Positions 23,187 through 31,817 of a stretch of DNA of 32,000 bases are shown here, piece after piece (the first letter of the stretch is position 1; each line of letters opens with the position of its first letter). This stretch comes from Horticoccus luteus (GTDB lineage: Bacteria > Verrucomicrobiota > Verrucomicrobiia > Opitutales > Opitutaceae). The stretch is taken from positions 2,370,001-2,402,000 of the forward strand of contig NZ_CP080507.1 of the NCBI RefSeq assembly GCF_019464535.1. Reading direction: 5' to 3'. A model generated the notes under the pieces. That model had not been told where the DNA came from and did no database searches. It saw nothing but the letters and a program-made list of their open reading frames with translations. Both the position numbers and the translations under genes were made by a program.

Positions 23187-25259
23187 ATGATTGGCCTCCG
23201 CGACGACAACGACGCCCTGCCGCCCGCGCCTCCGCCGAGTCGCGCGCCGGAGCTCGCTGCGCACATTTTCGCCGATGGCGGCTCGCTTCATGCCGGTCTC
23301 ACCCTCGAACATCGCCCCGAGCAGGAGCAAATGGCCCGCGCTGTCGCCGGCGCCCTGCGCGACGATGCCGCCCTCCTCTTCGAGGCCGGCACGGGCGTCG
23401 GCAAGTCCCTCGCCTACCTCGTCCCCGGTCTCATTCACGCCATCGATCAGACGCGCCAACTCGTCGTTTCAACGCACACGATTTCTTTGCAGGAGCAGAT
23501 CGAGGCGAAGGATCTTCCGCTCTGCCGCCGCCTGTTCAAGTCCGACCCCGCGCTCGCCCGCTACGCCGATTTCAAAAGCGCCGTGCTCGTCGGCAAGTCC
23601 AACTACCTCTGCACCACGCGCCTCGCCGCCGCCCTCGCCGGCAAACAAGAGCTCTTCCCCACCGCCGAGCACAACGAACTGTTGCGCATCGCCGACTGGG
23701 CCGCCACCTCCCGCGCCGGCCTCCGCCACGAACTTTCCCCACCGCCGAGCGCCGAAGTGTGGGAACACGTCAACGCCGACTCCTCCGCCTGCTCGCGCAA
23801 GAACTGCGATTGCGAACGCTGCTTCTATCAACGCGCCCGCGCCCGTCTGCGTCAGGCGCAAGTGGTCATCGTCAACCACTCGTTGCTGTTCGCGCTGATC
23901 AATGCCGGCGGCGCCACCGAAAAAGGCGCTGCGCGCGGGGTGATTTTCCCCGACGATTTCGTGGTTCTCGACGAGGCGCACACCGTTCCCGAAGTCGCCA
24001 CCGATCACTTCGGCCTCCGTCTCAGCAGCTACGGCGTCGATCGCCTCCTCAAATACCTGTATAATCCGCGCACCAAACGCGGCCTGCTCACCCGCCACGG
24101 CGGTGCGTTGGAATGCCAGCTCGTGGTCGATTCGCTCGAGGCCGCCGAACAATTCTTCGGCTTCATCGCCGACCGGCTCCTGATCAAGCAGCCCATCGTC
24201 CGCGTGCGCGAACCCGATGTCGTCGAACCGTTGCTCGAACCGCCTCTTCTCGCGCTCATCAAGGCGGTCAGCACGCTCGCCGATAAACTCGAGGAAGGGA
24301 AAGTGCGCGACGAGCTGCTCGACCAAAAAGGCCGGCTTAAATCCTGCCAGTCCAGCCTCAAGCAATGGCTCGCCCTCGCCGACGAGAAACAAGTTTATTG
24401 GGCGGAACGCGGCGGGCGCCGCCAGACGATCGTCACCCTGCGCACCGCCCCGATCGACGTCGCGCCCTACCTGCACGAAGAACTCTTTTCGCGCGGCACC
24501 GCCGTTGTTTGCACGAGCGCCACGCTCGCCATCGGCGGAGAAATCTCGGCGTTTCAACAACGCGTCGGCGCACCCGACGCCCAGGCCGTCGTCGTGCGCT
24601 CGCCGTTCGACTACGAACGCAACATGCGCGTCTTCGTCGCCGCCGATGTGCCGTTACCCTCCGCCAAAGACGCCCGCCTCGCCCTCGATGCGCTGATCGA
24701 CTATTTGCGTTTCTGCATCCTCCGCTCGCGCGGGGGCTCGCTTGTGCTTTTCACCAGCTACGCCGATCTTCGCGCCTGCGCCTCCGCCCTTGCGGCCGAC
24801 TTCGCCGCCGCTGGTCGCCCGCTCCTCGTCCAAGGCGGAGAGTTCTCCCGCACCGAGCTCGCGCGCAAACTCCAGGCCGCCGGCAACGGCGTGCTTTTCG
24901 GCACCGATAGTTTCTGGACCGGTGTCGATGTCCCTGGCGACTCGCTCTCGCAGGTCATCATCACCCGCCTGCCCTTCGATCCGCCCACGCATCCGATCCT
25001 CGAAGCGCGCGCGGAATGGATTCGCGACCGCGGCGGCAACCCGTTCAACGAGCTCACGCTCCCCGAAGCGCTGATCAAATTCCGCCAAGGCATCGGCCGG
25101 TTGATTCGCAGCGCCCATGATCGCGGCGTCATCACGCTTCTTGATGCGCGCGTGCTCGCCAAACAATACGGCCGCCTCTTTCTCGCCACGCTGCCCACCA
25201 GCCATCACGTGCGCATCACCCGCGAAAATCGCGAGGAAGCATTTCAGCCTTTTGCGTAA
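23187..25259 (+). CDS. dinG: ATP-dependent DNA helicase, DinG/Rad3 (XPD-like Fe-S) family
   Basis: A 690-aa ORF. It has Walker A (EAGTGVGKSLAYL), the DEAH box (VVLDEAHTV), a Cys cluster for the Fe-S domain (YLCTTRL...CSRKNCDCERCFY) and C-terminal helicase motifs (LFGTDSFWTGVDVPG, QGIGRLIRS). Confidence 0.85.
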   Translation: MIGLRDDNDALPPAPPPSRAPELAAHIFADGGSLHAGLTLEHRPEQEQMARAVAGALRDDAALLFEAGTGVGKSLAYLVPGLIHAIDQTRQLVVSTHTISLQEQIEAKDLPLCRRLFKSDPALARYADFKSAVLVGKSNYLCTTRLAAALAGKQELFPTAEHNELLRIADWAATSRAGLRHELSPPPSAEVWEHVNADSSACSRKNCDCERCFYQRARARLRQAQVVIVNHSLLFALINAGGATEKGAARGVIFPDDFVVLDEAHTVPEVATDHFGLRLSSYGVDRLLKYLYNPRTKRGLLTRHGGALECQLVVDSLEAAEQFFGFIADRLLIKQPIVRVREPDVVEPLLEPPLLALIKAVSTLADKLEEGKVRDELLDQKGRLKSCQSSLKQWLALADEKQVYWAERGGRRQTIVTLRTAPIDVAPYLHEELFSRGTAVVCTSATLAIGGEISAFQQRVGAPDAQAVVVRSPFDYERNMRVFVAADVPLPSAKDARLALDALIDYLRFCILRSRGGSLVLFTSYADLRACASALAADFAAAGRPLLVQGGEFSRTELARKLQAAGNGVLFGTDSFWTGVDVPGDSLSQVIITRLPFDPPTHPILEARAEWIRDRGGNPFNELTLPEALIKFRQGIGRLIRSAHDRGVITLLDARVLAKQYGRLFLATLPTSHHVRITRENREEAFQPFA

Positions 25260-25285
25260 CGCGTCGCGTTCCCTAGGTTCACCGC

Positions 25286-25999
25286 ATGCTGCGACTCCGT
25301 TCTGCCTCCCTCACCGATATCGGCAAAGTCCGCCGCCGGAACGAAGACCGCTTTCTCTGCGACGACACCCTGCGCCTTTACGGTGTGGCTGACGGCATCG
25401 GCGGGTTGCCGGGCGGCGCCGAGGCGGCGCAAACCACCGTTGATGCCGTGCGCGCTTACGTGCGCGACCATCCCTCCGCCGCGCTCGCCGATGCCGTGCA
25501 AGCGGCCAACCACGCCGTTCTCAGCCGGGCCGCAGAAATCAGTCCGCATGTCGGCATCGGCTCCACGCTCAGCGTCGCCCACTTTTCCGCGAGCCAACTA
25601 TCCCTCGCCCACGTCGGAGATTCGCGGAGCTACGTCTGGCATGCCGGCCGCCTCGAAAGGCTCACTCGCGATCATTCCGTGGCCAACGAAGCGATTGATC
25701 GCGGCGAAGAACACACCCTGCGCTGGATGAGCGAAGCCAACCGCAACGCCCTCACCCGCTGCATCGGCCAGCCGCCGCCGCTGATCGTCGATAACTCCGT
25801 GCGTCCCCTGCAGGCTGGCGAACGATTTCTCTTCGCCAGCGACGGCGTTTCCCGGGTCGTCGGCGAGGATCACCTCGCTCGTTTTCTCGCGACCGATGCT
25901 CCCCCCGCCGACGTGTTGCACGAACTGATCGACCTTGTCCTCCGCCGCGGCGCGCCCGACAACGCGACCGCCGTGCTCGTGGCAGTCGACGAAGCTTGA
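25286..25999 (+). CDS. PP2C-family Ser/Thr protein phosphatase
   Basis: A 237-aa ORF with SLTDIGKVRRRNEDRF, GVADGIGG, HVGDSRSY and LFASDGV...PDNATAVLV, which is the canonical PPM motif order. Confidence 0.88.
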   Translation: MLRLRSASLTDIGKVRRRNEDRFLCDDTLRLYGVADGIGGLPGGAEAAQTTVDAVRAYVRDHPSAALADAVQAANHAVLSRAAEISPHVGIGSTLSVAHFSASQLSLAHVGDSRSYVWHAGRLERLTRDHSVANEAIDRGEEHTLRWMSEANRNALTRCIGQPPPLIVDNSVRPLQAGERFLFASDGVSRVVGEDHLARFLATDAPPADVLHELIDLVLRRGAPDNATAVLVAVDEA

Positions 26000-26000
26000 T

Positions 26001-26321
26001 ATGCCCACCCGCAGCGCCCACTTCGCCGGCCTCGTCGCCGCCCAGCCGCAAAACGAACTTTTTCGCTTCAGCCTCGCGCAAGCCCTCCTCAACGAAGGCC
26101 GCGGCGCCGAGGCGGAGCCGCACTTGCGCATCTGCTGCGAGCGGCGCGCCGATTGGATGATGCCGCGCATACTGCTCGGCAAACTTCTGCTGCAACTCGA
26201 CCGCCCCGCCGAAGCCCGCTCGCTCCTCGCCGCCGCCCTCACTCTCGCCCTCGCGCAAGAACACGAAGATCCCGCCGCGGAGTTGCAGGCCCTCCTCGAC
26301 GGACTCCCGCCCTCCGCCTGA
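26001..26321 (+). CDS. Small TPR-like protein (hypothetical)
   Basis: An internal ATG of track ORF 25935..26321, 1 nt after the PP2C stop. Helical repeat pattern: ELFRFSLAQALLNEGRGAEAEPHLRICCERRADWMMPRILLGKLLLQLDRPAEARSLLAAAL. Confidence 0.5.
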   Translation: MPTRSAHFAGLVAAQPQNELFRFSLAQALLNEGRGAEAEPHLRICCERRADWMMPRILLGKLLLQLDRPAEARSLLAAALTLALAQEHEDPAAELQALLDGLPPSA

Positions 26322-26480
26322 CCTGCGCCTGTTCGCGCAGCGCTCCGCCTTCGCGCGAAAGCGCGGCGCCGCCGTCCGACACGAGGGCCCGCCCGTCATC
26401 GGCCCCATGGCCGCGCAGGTCGCGCCGCCGATGGCGCCACGCGACGGTCGGGGCTACTTTGCCAGCCAAAGGAAATCACC

Positions 26481-27278
26481 ATGCTGGACCTGCGCTCTGC
26501 CAAAAAACTCGACGGCCTCAAACTCCACGCCCGCGACGGCGAAATCGGCCACGTGCACGATTTTTATTTCGACGACGTCCAGTGGCGCGTGCGCTACCTC
26601 GTGGTCGAGACGGGCGCCTGGCTCGTGAGCCGCAAAGTCTTGATCGCCCCGGAGGCCGTGTCCGCCGTCGCACTCGCAACCGACGAAATTTCTGTGGGGC
26701 TCACGAAGGACCAAGTGCGCAACAGCCCGGAGATCGACACCGCGAAACCCGTGTCGCGCCAGCACGAGGTGCTGTTGCGCAACTATTACGGTTGGCCGGG
26801 ATACTGGAACGGCCTCTTCGCCTCCCCCGGCATGATGGCGCCGGCGTTGGCCCCGACGCCGCCTGCGCTGAGCAACGAGGCCGGCCTCGCCGCTGAGACC
26901 CATCGGCCGGAACCGCGCGGCGATCCCTCTCTGCGCAGTGCCCGGGAAGTGAGCGGATATGCGCTGAAAGCCTCCGACGGCGAGCTTGGCAACATCACCG
27001 ATTTCATTGTCGATCGCGCGTCGTGGCGGATTCGTTACCTGGTCGTCGACACCGGCACTTGGTGGTCCGGAAAGAAGGTTCTTATCGCTCCGGCGTGGAG
27101 CGAAGGTGTCGACTGGAGCGCGTCCGAAGTGGCCGTCGAGTTGACCCGCGCGCAGGTTAAATCGAGCCCCGTTTACGATCCCGAAAAACCTCTCTCTGCG
27201 GAATACGCCGACCGCCTGCACGACCACTACGAACGACCCCGCTTCTCCGAAACCGCATCCGCGCGCGACGACGGCTAA
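26481..27278 (+). CDS. Tandem PRC-barrel domain protein
   Basis: A 265-aa ORF with the SD-like AAAGGAAA upstream. It contains two homologous PRC-barrel segments (GLKLHARDGEIGHVHDFYFDDVQWRVRYLVVETGAWLVSRKVLIAP and GYALKASDGELGNITDFIVDRASWRIRYLVVDTGTWWSGKKVLIAP). Confidence 0.75.
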   Translation: MLDLRSAKKLDGLKLHARDGEIGHVHDFYFDDVQWRVRYLVVETGAWLVSRKVLIAPEAVSAVALATDEISVGLTKDQVRNSPEIDTAKPVSRQHEVLLRNYYGWPGYWNGLFASPGMMAPALAPTPPALSNEAGLAAETHRPEPRGDPSLRSAREVSGYALKASDGELGNITDFIVDRASWRIRYLVVDTGTWWSGKKVLIAPAWSEGVDWSASEVAVELTRAQVKSSPVYDPEKPLSAEYADRLHDHYERPRFSETASARDDG

Positions 27279-27299
27279 CCCAGCGCGGGCCCGTTCGCT

Positions 27300-27866
27300 T
27301 CACGCGTAGTCATAGAGCTGTGGGTCACGCGTCGGAGCCTGGCGGCGCAACCGAAACCGGTGGCGCGGCTCCCGCGGATCTTTCGCCGCCTCGCCCGGCC
27401 CGCTGCTGCCGTAAGGATCGTCCATTCCGCCCTCGCCCTCCGGAGGTCCGCCGAGCTGTTCTTCAAGCGAATCCGGATCGGCGCCTTCCTCCAATTTACG
27501 CACGACCTCCTCCATCTCGCCATCGATTTTCTCGCCGGTGAGTTCGGCCATGCGGCGCATCATCCGGCCCATCGCGCGCGGGTCATTTTCATCCACGTTC
27601 GCAAATTCCTTCTCCATCGCCCCCATCGCGGCATCCATCCGGGGATCCCCCTGTTCCCCTCCGCCGAACGCGGCACTTGGATCGGGATTCGTGCCATCCT
27701 CGATGCGTTTTCCACCGGTGTTGATCGCGAACGCTGACACAATCTTGCGCATCCGGAATTTCGGGTTCTCCGGGCATTTCGGCACCGTCTGCCCTTGCGC
27801 GAGCGTCTTCGCGAAAAACTGGTAGATCGTGTGGTTGTCGGGACAGTAATATTCGTAAATCGGCAT
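27300..27866 (-). CDS. FmdB-family-like protein with degenerate zinc ribbon and acidic C-terminal region
   Basis: Trimmed from 28079 to the ATG at 27866. The N-terminus MPIYEYYCPDNHTIYQFF...KCPENPKF matches the FmdB 'MPxYEYxC' pattern. The central segment is DPRAMGRMMRRMAELTGE and the tail is RDPQLYDYA. Confidence 0.6.
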   Translation of the reverse strand: MPIYEYYCPDNHTIYQFFAKTLAQGQTVPKCPENPKFRMRKIVSAFAINTGGKRIEDGTNPDPSAAFGGGEQGDPRMDAAMGAMEKEFANVDENDPRAMGRMMRRMAELTGEKIDGEMEEVVRKLEEGADPDSLEEQLGGPPEGEGGMDDPYGSSGPGEAAKDPREPRHRFRLRRQAPTRDPQLYDYA

Positions 27867-27921
27867 GGCGGATGACGCGCAAATGTAGCGGTCGGAGCGC
27901 AGTTGCAAGCCGCCGTCGATC

Positions 27922-29085
27922 TCAGCGCGGCGGCAACTGGTGCCCATGCTGCACGACTGCGTCGCGGCGCCCTCGGTTGAGCTGGTCCAGCACGCCTGCC
28001 AGTCGTCGGCGTTTTTCATCTTTTTCGGCAAACATCTCCAGTTGCGCCGGCTTTTCGTCGACGCCCGAAAACCGCGCACTGACCAACCGCAACGGTCGCC
28101 GCTGTTTCCACGCCGCCCGCAACAAAGGCTCGATCAGCGGATAAAACGCCGCCTCCAAGTCGCTCGCCGCCGGCAGACTGCGCGCGTGCGACATCTGCTC
28201 GAAGTTCGGGTAACGCACTTTGATCGTCAGCGTGCGCACCCGTTTTCCGTCCGCCCGGATTTTCGCGAGCAACTCATCGACCATGCGCTTCAACACCCGC
28301 ACGATTTCCGCCTCGTCGCGCACATCACGGCCGAATGTCTCCTGCTGGGAATACGACTTCGCGTCCTCCGACTCCGTCTCGACCGGCCGGTCATCCAGTC
28401 CCCTCGCCTGCCGCTGCAATTCCACCGAAAAATTCCCCACCACCTTTGCAAGTTCGCGCTCGTCGGCCTTGACGAGATCCTCGACCACCGCGAAGCCCGC
28501 CCGCTTCAACGTCTCTTCGGTCTTCGGCCCCACGCCGGGCAGTTTCCCCACCGAAAGCGGCGCGAGAAACTCCGCTTCCTCGCCCGGGGGCACCACCACA
28601 AAACCGCGCGGCTTGCGCAGCTTCGACGCGATCTGCGCCACCAATTTGTTGGTCGCGAGGCCAAACGAAACCGTGATTTGCAGCTCATCCCAAATCGCCC
28701 GCTGCAACCCACGCACCGCCGCCTCGACCGCGGTCGCCGATCCGAGCCCGCATGGTCCGACATCGAGATAACCTTCGTCGATCGAGTTGCGCTGCACGAT
28801 CGGCGTCAGTCGTTCGCACACATCAAACATCCGTTGCGAAAACTCACCGTAACGCCCGCTCGTGTGCGGAATCATGATCAAGTCGGGACACACCCGTCGC
28901 GCCTGCGACGTCGGCATCGGTGTATAAACGCCGCACGCCCGGGCCTCGTAGCTCGCCGACGAAATGATGCCCCGCTCCGCGCCGCCCACCGCGCATTTTG
29001 TGCCCCGCAACTCCGGCCGAAACACCTGCTCCACCGAGACGAAAAACGCGTCGGCGTCGAGATGGACGATCGTCGGCAAAGCCAT
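27922..29085 (-). CDS. dinB: DNA polymerase IV (Y-family)
   Basis: Trimmed from 29253 to the ATG at 29085 (MALPTIVHLDADAFFVSVEQ). It has the motifs SIDEGYLDV, SFGLATNKLVAQIAS and LPGVGPKT. Confidence 0.92.
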   Translation of the reverse strand: MALPTIVHLDADAFFVSVEQVFRPELRGTKCAVGGAERGIISSASYEARACGVYTPMPTSQARRVCPDLIMIPHTSGRYGEFSQRMFDVCERLTPIVQRNSIDEGYLDVGPCGLGSATAVEAAVRGLQRAIWDELQITVSFGLATNKLVAQIASKLRKPRGFVVVPPGEEAEFLAPLSVGKLPGVGPKTEETLKRAGFAVVEDLVKADERELAKVVGNFSVELQRQARGLDDRPVETESEDAKSYSQQETFGRDVRDEAEIVRVLKRMVDELLAKIRADGKRVRTLTIKVRYPNFEQMSHARSLPAASDLEAAFYPLIEPLLRAAWKQRRPLRLVSARFSGVDEKPAQLEMFAEKDEKRRRLAGVLDQLNRGRRDAVVQHGHQLPPR

Positions 29086-29170
29086 GTCCGCCACGATGCG
29101 TCCCGCGTCGCGCCCCGCAAGCCCGCTGGCAAACGCATCTGCCGTGTCCTCCGCGCCGTGCGTCGACTGC

Positions 29171-29800
29171 TCAACGCACCCAACTGCCGAACCCGCCCCG
29201 CGCACCGACGGACACCCGGTGAATCGGCCACTCTGCGAACCGTTCGCTCGCAATCTCGGCCAGTTGTTCGGTGGCGATCTCCGCGGAGGCGACGACGAAT
29301 CGCTTCTCCGCCCGCACCGCCAGGCAAACCTTCATCGTCGCGCTGCCGCGACCTGCATCCTGCACGTAGATCACAACGTTGTCGCCCCGTTGCGCCACTC
29401 CCACCGCGCGAACCCAACCGCGACGCTCCATCGCGGCGTCCACTTCAGTCCAGCGCGCATCCGCTGCATCCACGCGCTCCGCCGACACCGCGTAAATGCC
29501 CACGCTGGCTGAACGCACCGCCGCGAGCGCCTTGCCCGCCATTGGGTCCATCCCCGCGCAGCGGTCCAACGCGAATTTCGCGAGCGCCAGCGTCCCTTCG
29601 CCCACCGTCATTTGTCCGTGGCGCTTCAACGTCCAGCCGCCGGTCCTGGCCAACGCGTTGCGCAGCGTCGCCGCGTCCGCATCAAGCATCACGGCCTGCG
29701 CCAGCCCTATCGTCAGCACGAGCAGCGATGCCGCAAAAACGCCAAGCACCCAACGAAGCCAGCGGCGGCGCGGTCGTGAACTGGGAATCGAGGAGTGCAT
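29171..29800 (-). CDS. Membrane-anchored hypothetical protein, DUF4252-like paralog of the upstream gene
   Basis: A 209-aa ORF with an N-terminal anchor (WLRWVLGVFAASLLVLTIGLAQAV). Its segments are collinear with the 29828..30382 product: DPMAGKALAAVRSASVGIY vs DPAAAELLGSLERVRVNVI, RRGWVRAVGV vs DQGWEQIVTV, and EIATEQLAEIA vs NIKPEQIELLA. Confidence 0.5.
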   Translation of the reverse strand: MHSSIPSSRPRRRWLRWVLGVFAASLLVLTIGLAQAVMLDADAATLRNALARTGGWTLKRHGQMTVGEGTLALAKFALDRCAGMDPMAGKALAAVRSASVGIYAVSAERVDAADARWTEVDAAMERRGWVRAVGVAQRGDNVVIYVQDAGRGSATMKVCLAVRAEKRFVVASAEIATEQLAEIASERFAEWPIHRVSVGARGGFGSWVR

Positions 29801-29827
29801 GGCGGGCGTGCCTTTGCTGGTGGTTGC

Positions 29828-30382
29828 TTATGCCTGTTTGGCCACCGCCACGTCCTTCAGGCCGTCGATGTTCAAATGCCGGGCGAGCAACTCGATTTGC
29901 TCGGGCTTGATATTGCCAACCACGTTCACGAGCACGGCCTGCTTCGCACCGTCCACGACCGTGATCACCAACCCCGCTATCGCCTCGCCTTCACCGTGCT
30001 TGAGAAAGATCGCCACATCCTGGGCGCCCTCGTTGTGCTGCTTCACCGTCACAATCTGCTCCCATCCCTGGTCGGCCAGCTTCGAGCGGATCTTTGCCAC
30101 GCGTTCAGTGATGTTTTCCGCGTTGCCCTGATCGAGGCCGATGACGTTGACGCGCACGCGCTCCAGACTGCCGAGGAGCTCGGCGGCCGCCGGATCCTGC
30201 AACTTGGCCAGGCGCGCGGCGAGTTTCAGCAGTCCTGATTGCAGGTTCACTTCGACAAAATCGCCTTTCCCCGGGGGCAGCGCACCGAAGTCAACGTAGC
30301 CGGAGGAAGGTGCAGCGCAGAAGCCGACCGATGCGGCACACACGAGAGCGGAAGAAACGATAAGCGAGCGAAACGAATTCAT
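29828..30382 (-). CDS. Secreted DUF4252-like protein (hypothetical)
   Basis: A 184-aa ORF with the signal peptide MNSFRSLIVSSALVCAASVGFCAAP. The overall layout resembles DUF4252, but this assignment is from memory and unverified. Confidence 0.55.
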   Translation of the reverse strand: MNSFRSLIVSSALVCAASVGFCAAPSSGYVDFGALPPGKGDFVEVNLQSGLLKLAARLAKLQDPAAAELLGSLERVRVNVIGLDQGNAENITERVAKIRSKLADQGWEQIVTVKQHNEGAQDVAIFLKHGEGEAIAGLVITVVDGAKQAVLVNVVGNIKPEQIELLARHLNIDGLKDVAVAKQA

Positions 30383-30590
30383 GGGAGGATGGAGGTTGAG
30401 GATTGCGCGACAGGTTTGCCGCTGTCCTCAACACACAGGGCCAGCCGCTGAAGTTGCAGAATATTTCCGGCCGCCCCGTTTCGCGGGCATTTGCCCCGTG
30501 CTGCCCGGCACGGCGGATTCGCGCGCCCGCGGCGGCGCAAAAATAAACCGAACGTGGTGGCCTCGTCCGCGCCGCGTGTTAAACGAAGGC

Positions 30591-31463
30591 ATGGCACTTC
30601 TCGGGCAACGCAACCTTCTCGCGGTCCTTCGCTCCGTCCCGCCGGGATTGATTCTCGATGGCGGCTCCCATGGAGATATTCTGCTGCCCACGCGCTACGT
30701 GCCCGCGGGCACTGCCCCCGGGGCGACTCTGGACGTTTTCGTTTATCGCGACTCCGAGGATCGCGTCATCGCGACGACGGAGACGCCCCTCGCGATGGTC
30801 GGCGACTTCGCCTATCTCCGCGCCGTCAGCGTGAACCCCCGCGTCGGCCTGTTTCTCGATTGGGGTTTGGAGAAAGATCTCCTCCTCCCTCTGCGCGAAC
30901 TCGCCTCGCCGCTCGAGCCCGGTGATTACCGCGTCGTCCGCATCGCGCTGGACGAACGCAGCGACCGCATCATCGCGAGCGCACGACTCAACCGCTGGTT
31001 GAATCTCACGCCGCCGCCTTACACGGAAGGACAACGCGTCAATCTCATCGTCATTGGCGAAACCCCGCTCGGCTACAACGCCGTCATCGAAAACGCCCAT
31101 CGCGGCCTCCTCTATCATTCCGACCTCGCCGGCGCGCTGCAGACCGGGGAGCGACTCGATGGTTACGTCCGCGCCGTGCGGCCGGACGGCAAAGTCGACC
31201 TCGCGCTCGACCGCGCTGGCTTCCATCGCATTCCTCCGGTCGCCGAGCAGATTCTCGCCGCGCTCAAAGCCGCCGGCGGCCACCTCGCGTTGCACGACGA
31301 CAGCCCGCCTCTGAAGATTCGCGCCGCTCTCGGCATCAGCAAAAAAGCGTTCAAGCAGGCGATCGGCACGCTCTACCGCGATCGCCGCATTGTCATCGAG
31401 CCCACTGGCATTTGGATCGCTCCGCCGAACGCCCGCTCGCGGCGGCCGGGAACGGAGTTGTAA
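30591..31463 (+). CDS. CvfB/YitL-family S1-domain RNA-binding protein
   Basis: Trimmed from 30381 to the ATG at 30591 (MALLGQRNLLAVL...). It has repeated S1-like segments (GDFAYLRAVSVNPRVGLFLDWGLEKDLLLP; GQRVNLIVIGETPLGYNAVIENAHRGLLYHSD; GYVRAVRPDGKVDLAL). A C-terminal winged-helix-like segment follows (FKQAIGTLYRDRRIVIEPTGI). Confidence 0.8.
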   Translation: MALLGQRNLLAVLRSVPPGLILDGGSHGDILLPTRYVPAGTAPGATLDVFVYRDSEDRVIATTETPLAMVGDFAYLRAVSVNPRVGLFLDWGLEKDLLLPLRELASPLEPGDYRVVRIALDERSDRIIASARLNRWLNLTPPPYTEGQRVNLIVIGETPLGYNAVIENAHRGLLYHSDLAGALQTGERLDGYVRAVRPDGKVDLALDRAGFHRIPPVAEQILAALKAAGGHLALHDDSPPLKIRAALGISKKAFKQAIGTLYRDRRIVIEPTGIWIAPPNARSRRPGTEL

Positions 31464-31504
31464 CCCCTCGCCCGTTGCGCGCTCATACTGCCTCTGTTTT
31501 CGCC

Positions 31505-31810
31505 ATGAAGAAAAATTTTCCGCTCCATTCGCCTGCCAAAGATGACCAGCGCGTCTTCGAAGCCGTCGTGCACGAGGTGCGCAAATACCTGAAACGCGAA
31601 CGCCGCAAATCGCCGCCAGAAGGATTCGACCTCTGGGAGTTCCACTGCCGCGTCGGCGCGACCGCTGAAGCCGCTGTCGCATCGTCCGCCAAGGACATCA
31701 TTACGGCCATCGCCGCCGTGGCGAAATCCGGCGCCGAGACCGTTTACGTCGAGATCCTGGCGCACGCCGCCAAGTGGCCCGAACGCGCCGCCACCTCCGG
31801 CGAAACGTGA
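31505..31810 (+). CDS. Small conserved hypothetical protein (DUF6172-like)
   Basis: An internal ATG of track ORF 31412..31810. [51 protein letters not shown] matches my memory of the DUF6172 N-terminal pattern, but this is unverified. Confidence 0.5.
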   Translation: MKKNFPLHSPAKDDQRVFEAVVHEVRKYLKRERRKSPPEGFDLWEFHCRVGATAEAAVASSAKDIITAIAAVAKSGAETVYVEILAHAAKWPERAATSGET

Positions 31811-31817
31811 TGAGACC

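Noticed and set aside
21050-24064. Two long plus-strand ORFs, 21050..22474 (474 aa) and 22775..24064 (429 aa), plus the alternative-frame ORF 23191..23898
   Set aside because: The first lies antisense to the P-type ATPase. The second runs antisense to the ATPase 5' end and, past 23187, out of frame with dinG. ORF 23191..23898 is out of frame with dinG. All three give Arg/Pro-rich nonsense-like sequences, while the ATPase and DinG frames carry DKTGTLT/GDGVNDAP and Walker A/DEAH motifs.
23187-25259. DinG helicase as part of a defence system (DinG-type helicases occur in some anti-phage and CRISPR-associated modules)
   Set aside because: There are no adjacent nuclease, Cas, methyltransferase or other defence-associated genes. 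The neighbours are a metal pump and a PP2C phosphatase. The protein has the ordinary Fe-S DinG/XPD architecture, so it is most likely the housekeeping repair helicase.
29086-29170. SOS (LexA) box upstream of dinB, and likewise upstream of dinG at 23102..23186 and of the cluster at 30383..30590
   Set aside because: No CTGT-N8-ACAG or TGTTC-N4-GAACA-type palindrome is present in these regions. TGTTC and GAACA pentamers elsewhere in the window are never paired at the right spacing.
27940-29910. A 656-aa plus-strand ORF, the longest in that region
   Set aside because: It runs antisense across dinB and both DUF4252-like genes. Its translation is Arg/Pro/Ala-rich and low in complexity (RRRR and PPPP runs). 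dinB on the other strand has canonical Y-family motifs.
10502-30590. N-terminal extensions of track ORFs: pfk to 11845, hemC to 14674, asd to 17856, sulfatase to 19452, ATPase to 23266, FmdB-like to 28079, dinB to 29253 and cvfB-like from 30381
   Set aside because: In each case an internal ATG reproduces the conserved family N-terminus (e.g. MALPTIVHLDADAFF for DinB, MSSPSFTVGIVGATG for Asd). The extension overlaps the neighbouring gene or a terminator hairpin and is Arg/Gly-rich filler.
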